From: a virus
Taxonomy: Duplodnaviria > Heunggongvirae > Uroviricota > Caudoviricetes
Virus record (IMG/VR): IMGVR_UViG_3300025889_000082
Span: 41,348 to 105,347 of that record
Strand: one strand, 5' to 3'
DNA length: 64,000 bases
Shown in pieces: positions 18,250 through 28,299 of the stretch (its first letter is position 1; each line of letters begins with the position of its first letter). The translations under genes and the position numbers were made by a program. The notes under the pieces are model-generated. The model was not told the DNA's origin, did no database searches, and saw only the letters and a list, made by a program, of their open reading frames with translations.

Positions 18250-18453
18250 TTATTTCTCCAAAGATACATCAATATCTTGAGATTTCAAAATATTTTTTAC
18301 AGGTTTTAACATGTCTGGATTAGCAATAATTTCATCATAAAACTTCTCTGCAGATTCTTTATGAGCAAACCATTTAATACCTGAACCATCTGCTCTTACA
18401 GCATACATTGTACCACTTGAGATGCTTGTTTCTTCTGTTAATTCTATTGTCAT
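18250..18453 (-). CDS. hypothetical protein
   Basis: 67-aa ORF coupled to the helicase gene. Confidence 0.35.
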   Translation of the reverse strand: MTIELTEETSISSGTMYAVRADGSGIKWFAHKESAEKFYDEIIANPDMLKPVKNILKSQDIDVSLEK

Positions 18454-19526
18454 TTGTATGTAATTTTATCTTTATCAAAAAATTCTAGTGCTTTTCTAAG
18501 CCACTTTCGTTCCACTTCTTCTGCAGAACATACAATGTATATGTGTGCTTTCTTATCAGGAGTGTTATACTCCATAGCCATGCATCTATTAATCTTCTGT
18601 GCAAGATTCTCTGCATTGCTATCAAAATAGTTGATTATCACTCTGTTAAGAGGTTTATATGTAACACCAGTGTTACCAATCTTTACTACAGCAAGGTGAT
18701 TACCCTTACCTGCAGCAAAGTCTTCAAACACCTGCTTATCTCCTGCTTTGCTATGATAGACAGGAATTCCTAGTTCATCTGCTATGGCTGTGACACCACA
18801 GAATACTAGAACACGTTCATCTTTATGCTTAGCCAATAGAGCTCTTGTTTTCTCCATCTTAGCCACACTATTCTGTATAATACGCATTCTAGCTAAACGT
18901 AGGAACATAGCATTCTGTCCTTTTAAGTCTAACTGATTAATAGCCCAGCCATAGGCATCAAACTGTTTCTTCTCAGTCTTCCATTTACCCTTATAGTTGT
19001 TCTTTCTCTTATCATCAAGCATAACATGCACTACAGTGATTTCATAGTCTGTAATAACACCTTCTTTAATTGCTTGTTCTATGGGATATGTAGCTAAGAC
19101 AGGTAGTTTTAGTTCTAAGCCTAATGTTTCTTCTGTCAGTCTAGATAAAGTACCAGTTAAGCCCAACATGTGGGTGTATTTTAACTCCTTAACTGCTTCT
19201 ATCTGAGCTTCTGACAACAAATGTATCTCATCAAGCACAACCAAGTCAAAATGAGTCTCTGTGTGCTTTTTGATAGACAAATGTGTTGTATATGTGATGT
19301 TAGGATTCTTGTACTTTCTAATCTTGAAGTCCTCTTCCCACGCAGCCTTAATTTTTAAGTCTGGATATGCTATCAGTATGTTTATACCTTTAGGTAACTT
19401 TTCTAATATATTGATTGTAGTGTAAATCTTACCAAATCTAGGGCACAGATTAAGTATACCAAATTTATCATTTTCCAACCATACATCAGCAAACTCTTGC
19501 TGTCTTTTATCTCTTATTGATGCCAT
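18450..19526 (-). CDS. SF2 (DEAH-box) helicase
   Basis: Walker A-like LCPRFGKIYT. Motif II VLDEIHLL (DEIH). Motif III LGLTGT. Confidence 0.65.
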   Translation of the reverse strand: MASIRDKRQQEFADVWLENDKFGILNLCPRFGKIYTTINILEKLPKGINILIAYPDLKIKAAWEEDFKIRKYKNPNITYTTHLSIKKHTETHFDLVVLDEIHLLSEAQIEAVKELKYTHMLGLTGTLSRLTEETLGLELKLPVLATYPIEQAIKEGVITDYEITVVHVMLDDKRKNNYKGKWKTEKKQFDAYGWAINQLDLKGQNAMFLRLARMRIIQNSVAKMEKTRALLAKHKDERVLVFCGVTAIADELGIPVYHSKAGDKQVFEDFAAGKGNHLAVVKIGNTGVTYKPLNRVIINYFDSNAENLAQKINRCMAMEYNTPDKKAHIYIVCSAEEVERKWLRKALEFFDKDKITYK

Positions 19527-19693
19527 ATTCTACTGTTGTAGTGAATGACCAAAATAGCCACTCAAAATTAATTGCTACATAAGACTCAGCGTCCACTCTA
19601 TTAAAAATACTGATTGTGGGTAGTAATACTATCTGCCACCAGTAATCTCTAGATGTGGGCAATGTGTTATGAGCATGTGCTTTTATATTCATA

Positions 19694-20755
19694 TTAAGTG
19701 TTTATAAAAAATGTTTTATTTGTCACCTCAAAATAGGTGTTGTCTGTCATATATTTAACCTTTGGTAGCTCTTTGAACATACCTATTTGACCTAAGAAAC
19801 CTAGACCAATTCTTACATCATCTTCACCATAAGAATTCTTAATGAGTCTCAATGATCTGAAATACTTTGCACCAAACTCATCTCTAAGCTTAACTAGGTC
19901 ATAACCACTAGGGTCTGCCACCTTATAACGCATAGGATCAAATAGTGCTAGGACTACATCAGCATCATTTTGTGTTTGTGAACTCTCAGCAAAATCTTCT
20001 AGCTGTGGTTCTACATCACCATTCTTAATTCTTAGTGGGTTACTAATATCTCTGTTGAACTGGCTAACAACTACAGGGCTATATCCAAACATGTCTCTGA
20101 CATATCTAAGCTCATCAGACATCTTATCAATTGTCTGCTTCTTAGTAGGATAGTCCTTAGTAGGTTTAAGTAGACCTATATGGTCAATAACAACAATAGT
20201 TATTTCATTCTCATTGTTAGGAATGTATTTCTTGTTGTATTGATCTACATCTTCCATTACACCATTAGCCATTGCATGTTCTTTTAGATGCTTAGCTATG
20301 CCAATAGGGTTCTCTGGTCCATCAATAATGGTGATTACATCTTTCATCTGATCCATGTAATCTTCATACATAAGGAACAAATCATGTTCATCTGCAGTCA
20401 TCTTATCAGTCCAGCCTAATAGCTTTGGTACAGGAATGATTACACCATGGTCTAGAAATATCTTTCTACTTACCCATTTAGCATATTTGTATGTTCTACT
20501 ACGCTCCATGGATCTATATATGATACGCAGTTTCATTGGTGGATTCTTATGACTGATAAACCAATCAAAAGGATTCAAGACATAAGCATCATCTAGAAAG
20601 CTAGTCTTACCAGAACCAGTTAATCCACCTATCAGCGTGTACATAGACTTTCTGATACCAATATATCTGTTCAAACGCTCAAAGCCCATAGGTATACCAT
20701 TGTTTCTACCATCCAGGCCAGCTTGAACTTCTCGTCTTAAATCTTCAAAACTCAT
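19694..20755 (-). CDS. DnaB-like replicative helicase (RecA-fold C-domain)
   Basis: LIGGLTGSGKTSFLDDAYVLNP (Walker A / H1). IVVIDHIGLL (Walker B / H2). 353 aa. Confidence 0.6.
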   Translation of the reverse strand: MSFEDLRREVQAGLDGRNNGIPMGFERLNRYIGIRKSMYTLIGGLTGSGKTSFLDDAYVLNPFDWFISHKNPPMKLRIIYRSMERSRTYKYAKWVSRKIFLDHGVIIPVPKLLGWTDKMTADEHDLFLMYEDYMDQMKDVITIIDGPENPIGIAKHLKEHAMANGVMEDVDQYNKKYIPNNENEITIVVIDHIGLLKPTKDYPTKKQTIDKMSDELRYVRDMFGYSPVVVSQFNRDISNPLRIKNGDVEPQLEDFAESSQTQNDADVVLALFDPMRYKVADPSGYDLVKLRDEFGAKYFRSLRLIKNSYGEDDVRIGLGFLGQIGMFKELPKVKYMTDNTYFEVTNKTFFINT

Positions 20756-21378
20756 ATGTCCATTCCTTTAATTGGTTCATGTGATTCTTTGATGGTAACA
20801 CCTTGATCAATTAGCTCTATGTAGTTTTGGAATGAACGCTGATTCAAATAGGTGAGACTTCCTTGCATGTATGTAAGTCTGTTTGTACCTGTTTTGATAG
20901 AGCTTTCTTTCTTTTGTAGCACTTCATATTCTAATGCTGCTATGAGCTGATCAACTGTATACTCACCTTCAGCTAGAATAGCATCTAGCTTTGCTTGGCA
21001 GTCATCTCTATGAACACGCAATGTTCTACCACCTGCAAAACTTTTACCCTTATAAGTAAAGATATCAGTTCCTGGAAAGGCAGCCCACCATTTCTCAAAC
21101 TCAGCATGTGTCTGTGTTTTCTTGATAATCTTAGTGGTCTTAGCACGTGTGTTCATGAAATCTAATAGATTTCTACCTAGCACTGTAATCTTAAATTGCT
21201 CAGACACTAATCCTTTTCTACGTAAGGATTGACATAATGCATCCACCTTTGGTCCTCCCTCAGCTAATGTTTTAATGTCAAATTCTTCTTCTATTAATTT
21301 AAGAAGAAATACCATGTCTAATGTATATCCATCTTTGAGGAGTTGCTCAAAATGGTAAGGGGTTATCTTGATGTTCAT
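20752..21378 (-). CDS. hypothetical protein
   Basis: 208-aa ORF coupled to the helicase gene; possible loader or accessory protein (inference). Confidence 0.4.
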   Translation of the reverse strand: MNIKITPYHFEQLLKDGYTLDMVFLLKLIEEEFDIKTLAEGGPKVDALCQSLRRKGLVSEQFKITVLGRNLLDFMNTRAKTTKIIKKTQTHAEFEKWWAAFPGTDIFTYKGKSFAGGRTLRVHRDDCQAKLDAILAEGEYTVDQLIAALEYEVLQKKESSIKTGTNRLTYMQGSLTYLNQRSFQNYIELIDQGVTIKESHEPIKGMDI

Positions 21379-21598
21379 GTTCTCTGTTTAGTATTTTGTC
21401 CTTATCAATTACCACTATCTGAGCAGGCTGTTTCATTGCTAATCTAAACTCCTCTTCAAGCAGGTGTTGTGTCTCCTGCAAATATACTAAATCTTTAAGA
21501 GATTCTCTCTCCCAATCTTCATTTATTTTCAAATTTTGGTCTCTCATTTTCATAGTCTTTATTGTTCCAAAAATAAGAACATGTACTAGTGACAACAC
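21347..21598 (-). CDS. hypothetical protein
   Basis: 83-aa ORF. The start may be the internal MKMRDQ; overlaps the next ORF. Confidence 0.3.
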   Translation of the reverse strand: MLSLVHVLIFGTIKTMKMRDQNLKINEDWERESLKDLVYLQETQHLLEEEFRLAMKQPAQIVVIDKDKILNREHEHQDNPLPF

Positions 21599-21752
21599 CT
21601 AATCCATTGTTGTTCTCATCTGTTATCATATTCATCTTATATGGAGGGTCTACAAAATATGATTGACCTAGTTCCTCAGCTTTAGCTGTATATCTGTGAC
21701 AGTGTAGTCTCAAAGGACAACTGCCTCCTGGGCACATTGAAATGTCTGGCAT
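21519..21752 (-). CDS. hypothetical Cys-rich protein
   Basis: MPDISMCPGGSCPLRLHCHRY: CxxxC…C.H cluster. Confidence 0.3.
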   Translation of the reverse strand: MPDISMCPGGSCPLRLHCHRYTAKAEELGQSYFVDPPYKMNMITDENNNGLGVVTSTCSYFWNNKDYENERPKFENK

Positions 21753-21753
21753 A

Positions 21754-22023
21754 TTACTTATGTTTATTAATTGTATCAGTTAATGTCTTCTTATCTATTA
21801 TACTAACCTGTCTAAAGACTTCTTTACCATCTTTAAACATAATAGTTGTAGGAATGCTTCTAACTGCATGATCTGTAAGCAATTGTGATTCATTATCAGC
21901 ATCTACCATTTGTACATCTATTTCATCTTTAAACTTATCAGTAACTTCTATAAATACTGGTTTGTATACTTTACATGGACCACACCATGGTGCACTAAAG
22001 TACATCACTTTCAATTTGCTCAT
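21754..22023 (-). CDS. trxA: thioredoxin
   Basis: MYFSAPWCGPCKVYKP is the canonical WCGPC active site. 89 aa. Confidence 0.8.
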   Translation of the reverse strand: MSKLKVMYFSAPWCGPCKVYKPVFIEVTDKFKDEIDVQMVDADNESQLLTDHAVRSIPTTIMFKDGKEVFRQVSIIDKKTLTDTINKHK

Positions 22024-22276
22024 TGTCTTGATTTTTGTGATTAATATATATTCTCAATGTCTTATGTGTATCTTCAAGCATTGCATATACTTTGGATCTA
22101 CTGTCCCAATTGTAATACTTGAGCACACCATTTTCTATTATCTCCACTTGTGTAACAAGTGTAGTATTAAGAACGTTCTTTGATGGAAGTTTAGACTTTC
22201 CATTACCAGATATATCTCTGGTGCTCATTGGTTTATTTCCCATAACTATTCTGCTGCCCAACCAAAGAACACCCAT
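21995..22276 (-). CDS. hypothetical protein
   Basis: 93-aa ORF. Confidence 0.35.
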   Translation of the reverse strand: MGVLWLGSRIVMGNKPMSTRDISGNGKSKLPSKNVLNTTLVTQVEIIENGVLKYYNWDSRSKVYAMLEDTHKTLRIYINHKNQDNEQIESDVL

Positions 22277-22800
22277 CTACCTGGTCTTTCTGTGGTGGAT
22301 TTCTTATATGTAATTTTAGCTACTACAGGCTTTGGTCCAACTAATACTTTACGCATTATAACTGTAGTGGGAACTTGATGTTCTTCTGTATAAGCTCTAG
22401 CCATTTTAACAGCATCACCTTTCTGAGGACAAGAAGCAATAACTCTACCATCACCATAATACTCTTCCACTTCATATTTAAGTATCCATTTCTTAGTACC
22501 TGGTGTAACTATGTGCTCCACTTGAGACTTAGTTTTGTTCTTATTAGCAACAGGCTCTTGAATACATATAGCAGCACAATCTCTTTTCTTAAGTTTGTCT
22601 ATTTGCATGTCTATGTATTCTTGCAAAGATTTACCACTTCTTTTAAAATTAGCTGTAAGATCTGCACACTGGTGTGTAGTGCTAATTGTACCATTATATG
22701 AATCATTTCCTGATTCTTCTATTGCCATGTCTCTAGCAGTATTATATGCGTCTTGTAAAGACTTACCATGTCTATTTATTTCAAACCAACTTGCTCCCAT
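22246..22800 (-). CDS. hypothetical protein
   Basis: 184-aa ORF. Confidence 0.4.
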   Translation of the reverse strand: MGASWFEINRHGKSLQDAYNTARDMAIEESGNDSYNGTISTTHQCADLTANFKRSGKSLQEYIDMQIDKLKKRDCAAICIQEPVANKNKTKSQVEHIVTPGTKKWILKYEVEEYYGDGRVIASCPQKGDAVKMARAYTEEHQVPTTVIMRKVLVGPKPVVAKITYKKSTTERPGRWVFFGWAAE

Positions 22801-22806
22801 AATTAG

Positions 22807-23187
22807 TTATTTTAATACTGTTTTAATTGCTTTTTTCATTACATCCAATCTTGCTTGTTCTCTCATTTTGTCTGTAACTTCATTTTCCTTTCCTGTATAA
22901 TGACTAATCCAAAGTCTTTTACTTGAACCAAGGGTTAAAGAACCTCTTGCATGTATATAAACACTATCAGGATATCTTTTGTTTGTTACATTTTGGAAAT
23001 TAATTTTCATATCAAGAACTCGTTTGTACGATAGAAGATTATCCATTATACGTAATGTATCTTCAGTGGACATTGGTTTTTTAAGTTCTTTCTGTAGTTT
23101 ATTAATTTCTATTGTAAAAATACCCTTATTGTCTATATACTTATCCTCAATCATATCTTTATAATCTCGCAATATGTTTATTGACAT
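22807..23187 (-). CDS. hypothetical protein
   Basis: 126-aa ORF. Confidence 0.4.
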   Translation of the reverse strand: MSINILRDYKDMIEDKYIDNKGIFTIEINKLQKELKKPMSTEDTLRIMDNLLSYKRVLDMKINFQNVTNKRYPDSVYIHARGSLTLGSSKRLWISHYTGKENEVTDKMREQARLDVMKKAIKTVLK

Positions 23188-23189
23188 AA

Positions 23190-23309
23190 TTATTTGTTTA
23201 AATATACATAAATTTCATGCATAATGCTAGCAATTAATGTTAATATTATACTAATAATAGCTACAAATACAAAAGCCCTCTCTTGAGGGCTATGTTTATT
23301 ATTTTTCAT
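23190..23309 (-). CDS. small single-pass membrane protein (start reassigned to MKNNKH)
   Basis: AFVFVAIISIILTLIASIM hydrophobic helix. The track's longer version overlaps the 23314 ORF by 120 nt. Confidence 0.25.
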   Translation of the reverse strand: MKNNKHSPQERAFVFVAIISIILTLIASIMHEIYVYLNK

Positions 23310-23313
23310 ATGT

Positions 23314-23568
23314 TTAATCTTGTATTCTAAGGCCAAATTGTAAATCAAACCAATTAAATGTTTCTTTGGCCTTATTAGTGTTAAACTTAAATGTCTTTTT
23401 GAGAAGAGGAATAGCATATGCTTTGAACTTCTCATGTTGTTCTGTGGTCATAGTCCATTCATGAAACCAGTCAGGATTCTGCATGGCTTCAAACATTGTT
23501 TTATTAACTATCTTTAATTGAACATTCACTAAGTGCTCAGCTATGTTAAACCTATTAATCTTTCCCAT
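23314..23568 (-). CDS. hypothetical protein
   Basis: 84-aa ORF. Start is 1 nt from the upstream stop. Confidence 0.4.
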   Translation of the reverse strand: MGKINRFNIAEHLVNVQLKIVNKTMFEAMQNPDWFHEWTMTTEQHEKFKAYAIPLLKKTFKFNTNKAKETFNWFDLQFGLRIQD

Positions 23569-23744
23569 TAGATTCTTTTAATTATGTAGTCATTGAACTT
23601 ATCAATATCAAAGCTACTGTTAATAGATTCAAAGAACTTCTTATATGCCCAATAGTAATCTGATGCTGTTGGATAAACATGTCCATTAGCTTGACAGTCT
23701 TCTACTACTAAGTCTGCAGCTATTTTAAAATGTGATTTGCCCAT
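23568..23744 (-). CDS. small hypothetical protein (58 aa) missed by the ORF track
   Basis: MGKSHFKIAADLVVEDCQANGHVYPT… Its ATG overlaps the polymerase stop (TAATG) and its stop overlaps the next ATG, which indicates translational coupling. Confidence 0.3.
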   Translation of the reverse strand: MGKSHFKIAADLVVEDCQANGHVYPTASDYYWAYKKFFESINSSFDIDKFNDYIIKRI

Positions 23745-25699
23745 TAGAATAAACTTAATTGGTTCTTGTCAGTATTGACTTTTCTTCTTTTGCCTTCTAG
23801 CTGTATCTTGTGTATGATACGCTCAGCTTTCTCTATATAATAATCATGATTGATGTTGTCTAGTGGGTGGTCAGGCTTCAGTTTATTACATACTGTTACC
23901 ATCCAATCACCAGCTTCAACCTGCATAACTTCTGCAGCTCCACTATCAGAATTCTCATTCTTCATCTTGAGCAGCTTCTCACCTGTATTACTTACATAAT
24001 ATCTGATGAGCTTGTTGTATGTGTGGGTTTTACCATCTTTTGTTTTGCCTTCATAGTGAAAGTCTTTACTAGCTTTCTGTCTGAGACAAAAGTCATATAT
24101 GTTTGTGTGATTATGAATGGTATCAGCCACAGGCACACCATGCACAAACCAATGCTCAAGTGCAATAGGAACAACCCTAGCACTCTTATTCTTGTGTAGT
24201 TCAAAGTCAGTGAGGAAATCCCCCTTCTTTTTAATCTCTCCATCTGTTTTAATTGCTAAATAGTCATTAACTGTAGAGAATATAATCTTGGAATAGTCTG
24301 TACGTTCTAGCTCATATTGAGTTAGCTCAGACCACCACTTGTTTAACTCATGCATTTTATCCACCTGAGATTTGTCCACCATAATAGTGACACCATCTGT
24401 ATTAGCAGATATAACATGTATACCAGCTAGCTCATAGGCTTCAATTAGCATTAACAAGCTTAACTCTCCTGTGATGGTTGTGAACATGGTGAGCTGTCTG
24501 TCATAGATCCAAGACTGCATGTCGCTAGATTTCCCATACACAGAATTAACTGCCAACTTAAGTGCTCCCACAATCCCCTTAATCTTCTTATCTTTCTTTG
24601 CCAAGGGCTTAAGTTCAAGTCTTTTGTCAAACATTGTCTTGTACCCTCTAAGGAATTCAGGACCCAAGTGAACAGGATATCTACCATTATTAATAATAAT
24701 AGCAGGATAGTAGCTGGATACATCCCAATCAACAATAAGAGTGTTCTCATCAGCTTCAAAAACCTTTGGCTTATTCTCTGTGTGTAAGCCACCTTTGGCA
24801 AATGTGTAGGTGTTTCCATAAAATTCTACTGATTCTTTGAAGTCATCTTTTTGTGTTAGCACCTCCTTGCTGATTCTCTTTAAGAATGCTTGCAGCTCTG
24901 GTGTCTGGAATGTTACATAGCTAGCTATACAATGCTTTACCTTCACTTCTGTTCTAAACTGTCCTTTTTTTGGTAGTTCAGAATACAATATGCCTTTCTC
25001 TTCACAATAGTATTTCTTGATCATTTCATCACCAATCTTACTATCTGAATAGTTTATGCATGGAATGCCAAACTCTTCCTGGATATCTTGTCTTAGCTCA
25101 ATCTGATTATTACCTTTATAAAGAGGATGATTACAATTACCAGTTGTAACATTATAAAAAGCGTAAGTAGCCATAACATCATTATGGCAATAATCTTTTG
25201 TAAGTTGAATTTCTTCATCTGTCATGTTTGTTTTGCTGTGATGAATAGGCATTTCCTCAATGTTCTCAAGGTCCATCTCAAACTCTAGTCTCTTCAAGCT
25301 CACCATTCTATTCTTATTATCATAGTGGTTTATCTTGAATAAATCTATCTGTTTGAGTGTGAGGTTCTCTTCTCTGAATTCAGGAAATATATCATAGTTA
25401 GCATCATCAATAACATCTGCAGCTTTCTGTGCAATCTTAGCCACAATTTCCATTGTACCTAATGTATGCCAGTGTTCATAGTTTCTTATGATCCACTCAA
25501 TCACTTGAGCATCAAAGCGTAAGTTGTTATAACCTACCCAATAATACTCATTATATTGTTCTGTGAATCTAATGAATGCATCTATTTGATTGATGTTCTT
25601 ACTCATCTCAAAATCATGCATTCCTTTTGTCTCAGGATTATATATACTGATTAGAAACAATTCCTGCATGGTTTCTATATCATAGATGAGTACTTTCAT
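23744..25699 (-). CDS. family-B DNA polymerase with 3'-5' exonuclease
   Basis: Exo I LIYDIET. Exo II NLRFD. Exo III YCHNDVMATY. Pol motif A DWDVSSYYPAII (DxxSLYPS). Motif B KLAVNSVYGKS (Kx3NSxYG). Motif C ISANTDGVTI (YGDTDS-like). Compact at 651 aa. Confidence 0.85.
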   Translation of the reverse strand: MKVLIYDIETMQELFLISIYNPETKGMHDFEMSKNINQIDAFIRFTEQYNEYYWVGYNNLRFDAQVIEWIIRNYEHWHTLGTMEIVAKIAQKAADVIDDANYDIFPEFREENLTLKQIDLFKINHYDNKNRMVSLKRLEFEMDLENIEEMPIHHSKTNMTDEEIQLTKDYCHNDVMATYAFYNVTTGNCNHPLYKGNNQIELRQDIQEEFGIPCINYSDSKIGDEMIKKYYCEEKGILYSELPKKGQFRTEVKVKHCIASYVTFQTPELQAFLKRISKEVLTQKDDFKESVEFYGNTYTFAKGGLHTENKPKVFEADENTLIVDWDVSSYYPAIIINNGRYPVHLGPEFLRGYKTMFDKRLELKPLAKKDKKIKGIVGALKLAVNSVYGKSSDMQSWIYDRQLTMFTTITGELSLLMLIEAYELAGIHVISANTDGVTIMVDKSQVDKMHELNKWWSELTQYELERTDYSKIIFSTVNDYLAIKTDGEIKKKGDFLTDFELHKNKSARVVPIALEHWFVHGVPVADTIHNHTNIYDFCLRQKASKDFHYEGKTKDGKTHTYNKLIRYYVSNTGEKLLKMKNENSDSGAAEVMQVEAGDWMVTVCNKLKPDHPLDNINHDYYIEKAERIIHKIQLEGKRRKVNTDKNQLSLF

Positions 25700-25897
25700 A
25701 TAATTCTATTAATTGTTCATGAGTTAAATACACTCTAGGATAATCTGCTGGCTTATACCATTTACTATCTTTGTTTCTTACATAATTATTATATTCAATC
25801 CATTGTAATAGTTCTATCATTTAATTAATATAATTAGTTCATTCTCGATGTTTCTTAATACCAACCATAATATCAGCTGCATCTATATATGTTTCCA

Positions 25898-26122
25898 TTA
25901 TACATGTATTGTTTTAGCTACAGTTTCCCAATGATAATTAAATCCACCATCCCAATCATTTACATATCTTACATATACTTGTTCTTCAATATATAATTCT
26001 AACCATATTCTATGGTCAGTCATAGTTAGTTTGCTAAGAACAACAGTTGGTAACCAAGCAAACCTGGTTCTGAATCTTATGTCACCAACCTTTGGTGAGT
26101 TGTCTATTATTTCCCATCTCAT
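25898..26122 (-). CDS. hypothetical protein
   Basis: 74-aa ORF. Confidence 0.35.
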   Translation of the reverse strand: MRWEIIDNSPKVGDIRFRTRFAWLPTVVLSKLTMTDHRIWLELYIEEQVYVRYVNDWDGGFNYHWETVAKTIHV

Positions 26123-26153
26123 AATGTGTAATTTAATGCACTAAATTAGAAAT

Positions 26154-26447
26154 TTATTTCTTTTTTGCCACTTTTTTCACTGTTTTAGGCACTTTATTGC
26201 TCTTTTTAGAACTATATTTCTCATTTCTGAGTTTTACTTTATCTCTATGTTCTATTGCTGTTAAGAATGCAGAGCTGAATACATCAAATAGCTTTGCATC
26301 TTCTTGCAATACACTAGCAAATGCTGCACCTAATGCTAATCCTTTATCTGATGCATCATGATATACAACATGTACATCTTTGCCCTGAACACTTAAGAAG
26401 AAGTATGCATTTAGCTCTTCTACCTTTGGAATTTTACTTATTGCCAT
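26154..26447 (-). CDS. hypothetical protein with Lys-rich C-terminus
   Basis: 97 aa, …KKSNKVPKTVKKVAKKK. Confidence 0.4.
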   Translation of the reverse strand: MAISKIPKVEELNAYFFLSVQGKDVHVVYHDASDKGLALGAAFASVLQEDAKLFDVFSSAFLTAIEHRDKVKLRNEKYSSKKSNKVPKTVKKVAKKK

Positions 26448-26595
26448 GTTGTCTGTCTTTATAAATTTGAATGAATGCTCTAATAATGTAATACCAACAT
26501 ATAATAGCTAATATAAGTTGAATTGCTGGTAATAAATCAACAAATTGTTTTGGATGTATAGCTGATTCCCATACAAACTGTAAATATTTTTTCAT
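26434..26595 (-). CDS. small membrane protein (53 aa) missed by the ORF track
   Basis: MKKYLQFVWESAIHPKQFVDLLPAIQLILAIICWYYIIRAF… One predicted transmembrane helix. The 3' end overlaps the start of the next gene. Confidence 0.3.
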   Translation of the reverse strand: MKKYLQFVWESAIHPKQFVDLLPAIQLILAIICWYYIIRAFIQIYKDRQHGNK

Positions 26596-26600
26596 AACTA

Positions 26601-26831
26601 TTATTTTAAATGTCTTCCAAGTGATGGATTATTCTGCATAGATATTTCTCTATTATCTAAGCTCCATATATCACCATTCTCCATTGCACACACAAATAAT
26701 ATGTAATGCTCTTGAGAATAATCTATCACTAAGAAGGCATATCCTTTCATACCATCAGATTTCCTGGTTATTGGTATCATTGGATTGAGTTGTAGAATCA
26801 TTGTTATATGTATTACGATGGTGTGGAGCAT
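26601..26831 (-). CDS. hypothetical protein
   Basis: 76-aa ORF. Confidence 0.3.
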   Translation of the reverse strand: MLHTIVIHITMILQLNPMIPITRKSDGMKGYAFLVIDYSQEHYILFVCAMENGDIWSLDNREISMQNNPSLGRHLK

Positions 26832-26888
26832 TTATCCATTCAGATATAAGCCATATCCACACTAGTAGTACAAAGATAATAAAATATA

Positions 26889-27131
26889 TCATTGGTTGAA
26901 GTATTTCACTCTAATGATTTTGTATGCATCTGAGGGAATGTACATATACTTATCTCCCTTAATATGCAAACGCTTTGGTATTCTATAATGGAATGCATGT
27001 CTAAAGATTGCGTCAATTAACTTGCCACAAGCTTTGATAGTATCCATTTGGTTATGTGTTTTAGTTCCTGGTTCATAAACTAAAACTGATGTTGTGCTTG
27101 GTTTAGCACTGTAGACTAGGCTGTAAGACAT
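26889..27131 (-). CDS. hypothetical protein
   Basis: 80-aa ORF. Confidence 0.35.
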   Translation of the reverse strand: MSYSLVYSAKPSTTSVLVYEPGTKTHNQMDTIKACGKLIDAIFRHAFHYRIPKRLHIKGDKYMYIPSDAYKIIRVKYFNQ

Positions 27132-27149
27132 GTTGGTTATATTTATTGG

Positions 27150-27461
27150 TTAGAAATAAAATGTCATGCCATTATTAGATATCTCTATCTTGGTTGGTCT
27201 GCCAAGAGTCACTGAGCTTGGAGCTGGATTCTTTTGAGCCACCACTCTTGTGCCCTTAACTGCAGATCTTTTTGTAGATGCTGGTACCATACCTAACATC
27301 TTGTAATACACACCTGTATATGATCTACCTAATACTCTAGCTGTAGCACGTGCTAACTTAGATGTAGACCATGGTTTTGGTGCTTTATTGTTTGCACGTA
27401 ATGCACCTTTAATGTACTTTAATTCCTTTGAGGAATAGTTTAATTGACCTTTTGCTTTCAT
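27150..27461 (-). CDS. hypothetical basic protein
   Basis: 103 aa, K/R-rich. Confidence 0.35.
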   Translation of the reverse strand: MKAKGQLNYSSKELKYIKGALRANNKAPKPWSTSKLARATARVLGRSYTGVYYKMLGMVPASTKRSAVKGTRVVAQKNPAPSSVTLGRPTKIEISNNGMTFYF

Positions 27462-27468
27462 GTGTATT

Positions 27469-28197
27469 TTATTTTAGTTTAGTAAATAATTCTACTAGTT
27501 TCCCATCTTCTTGAGTGGCTAATATAAATTCTTTCTTATTCTTTTTAAGATTGTCTATAAACTTCTTATGATTATAAGTCTTTGTAGTTCTTAAAAACTT
27601 AACGTATTCTCTAGCAGTATATCTATTGTCGTTTCTAGCCATTCTTGGTATGACTTTTAATAGATCTGTTACATAATCAAGTATTGATACATTAAACTTC
27701 TCATCTACAATCTTAAATTGACCATTCTTAATAGTTCTAACAGTATTACTGCCATCCACTGAACCACCCATTAATATAGTGGCTAATGTAGCAAGATCAA
27801 TGTCATATACCTGATAGTAATGATTAAGCTTTACGTAGTCTTGACTTAATGATGCCCATGCTGTGATGTAGTCTAACATTGTCCAGTTCTTTGAGGATGC
27901 ATTTAATAGTGCAATCTTCTCAACCAAATCTGTTTTATCTTTCACTTCAATTATTACATATGGAATATCCATATTGTTTCTAATCAAAGCATTAAATAAG
28001 TGCTGACCATCAATGATATATAGTTTCTTAATACCATCTACAAATGCTATGTAAGCAACTACAACAGGTCTAATGATACCCATTTTGTTTACTGATTCTG
28101 CTAATTTAGTCACTTGAGCTGGATTAATAGCTCTGTTGATGCCTGCTAAATAACAGAATGATTGTTTGCTGTCTTTCTTTAATATCTGAAGTTTCAT
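27469..28197 (-). CDS. ParB/Srx-like nuclease-domain protein
   Basis: …YLAGINRAINPAQV…KLYIIDGQHLFNAL matches the ParB N-terminal DGxHR box with its preceding beta-strand. Confidence 0.45.
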   Translation of the reverse strand: MKLQILKKDSKQSFCYLAGINRAINPAQVTKLAESVNKMGIIRPVVVAYIAFVDGIKKLYIIDGQHLFNALIRNNMDIPYVIIEVKDKTDLVEKIALLNASSKNWTMLDYITAWASLSQDYVKLNHYYQVYDIDLATLATILMGGSVDGSNTVRTIKNGQFKIVDEKFNVSILDYVTDLLKVIPRMARNDNRYTAREYVKFLRTTKTYNHKKFIDNLKKNKKEFILATQEDGKLVELFTKLK

Positions 28198-28244
28198 GTT
28201 AACTGTGTGTTTTCTTTATTTACTGGAGTTTACTAAGTTTAGAT

Positions 28245-28281
28245 GTAAAAAAGAGCCCCACATTGCTGCAGGGCTCTATCG
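28245..28281 (-). terminator. rho-independent terminator (- strand)
   Basis: gagccc-cacattgctgc-agggctc stem. The - strand reads stem then TTTTTTAC. Confidence 0.5.
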
Positions 28282-28299
28282 TTTACTAACCATAACCAA

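Noticed and set aside
95-24819. Many 60-230-aa ORFs antisense to or out of frame within longer genes, for example 95-283(-), 1444-1632(+), 2727-3080(+), 5148-5345(+), 5534-5743(+), 6962-7213(+), 9132-9501(+), 9712-9967(+), 10211-10626(+), 11508-11966(+), 12688-14334(+), 15033-15901(+), 16888-17568(+), 18543-18773(+), 21962-22701(+), 22595-22900(+), 23867-24243, 24460-24819(-).
   Set aside because: Each is embedded in a longer ORF with recognisable motifs or coupled-operon context. Their products are low-complexity or hydrophobic, typical of AT-rich antisense frames.
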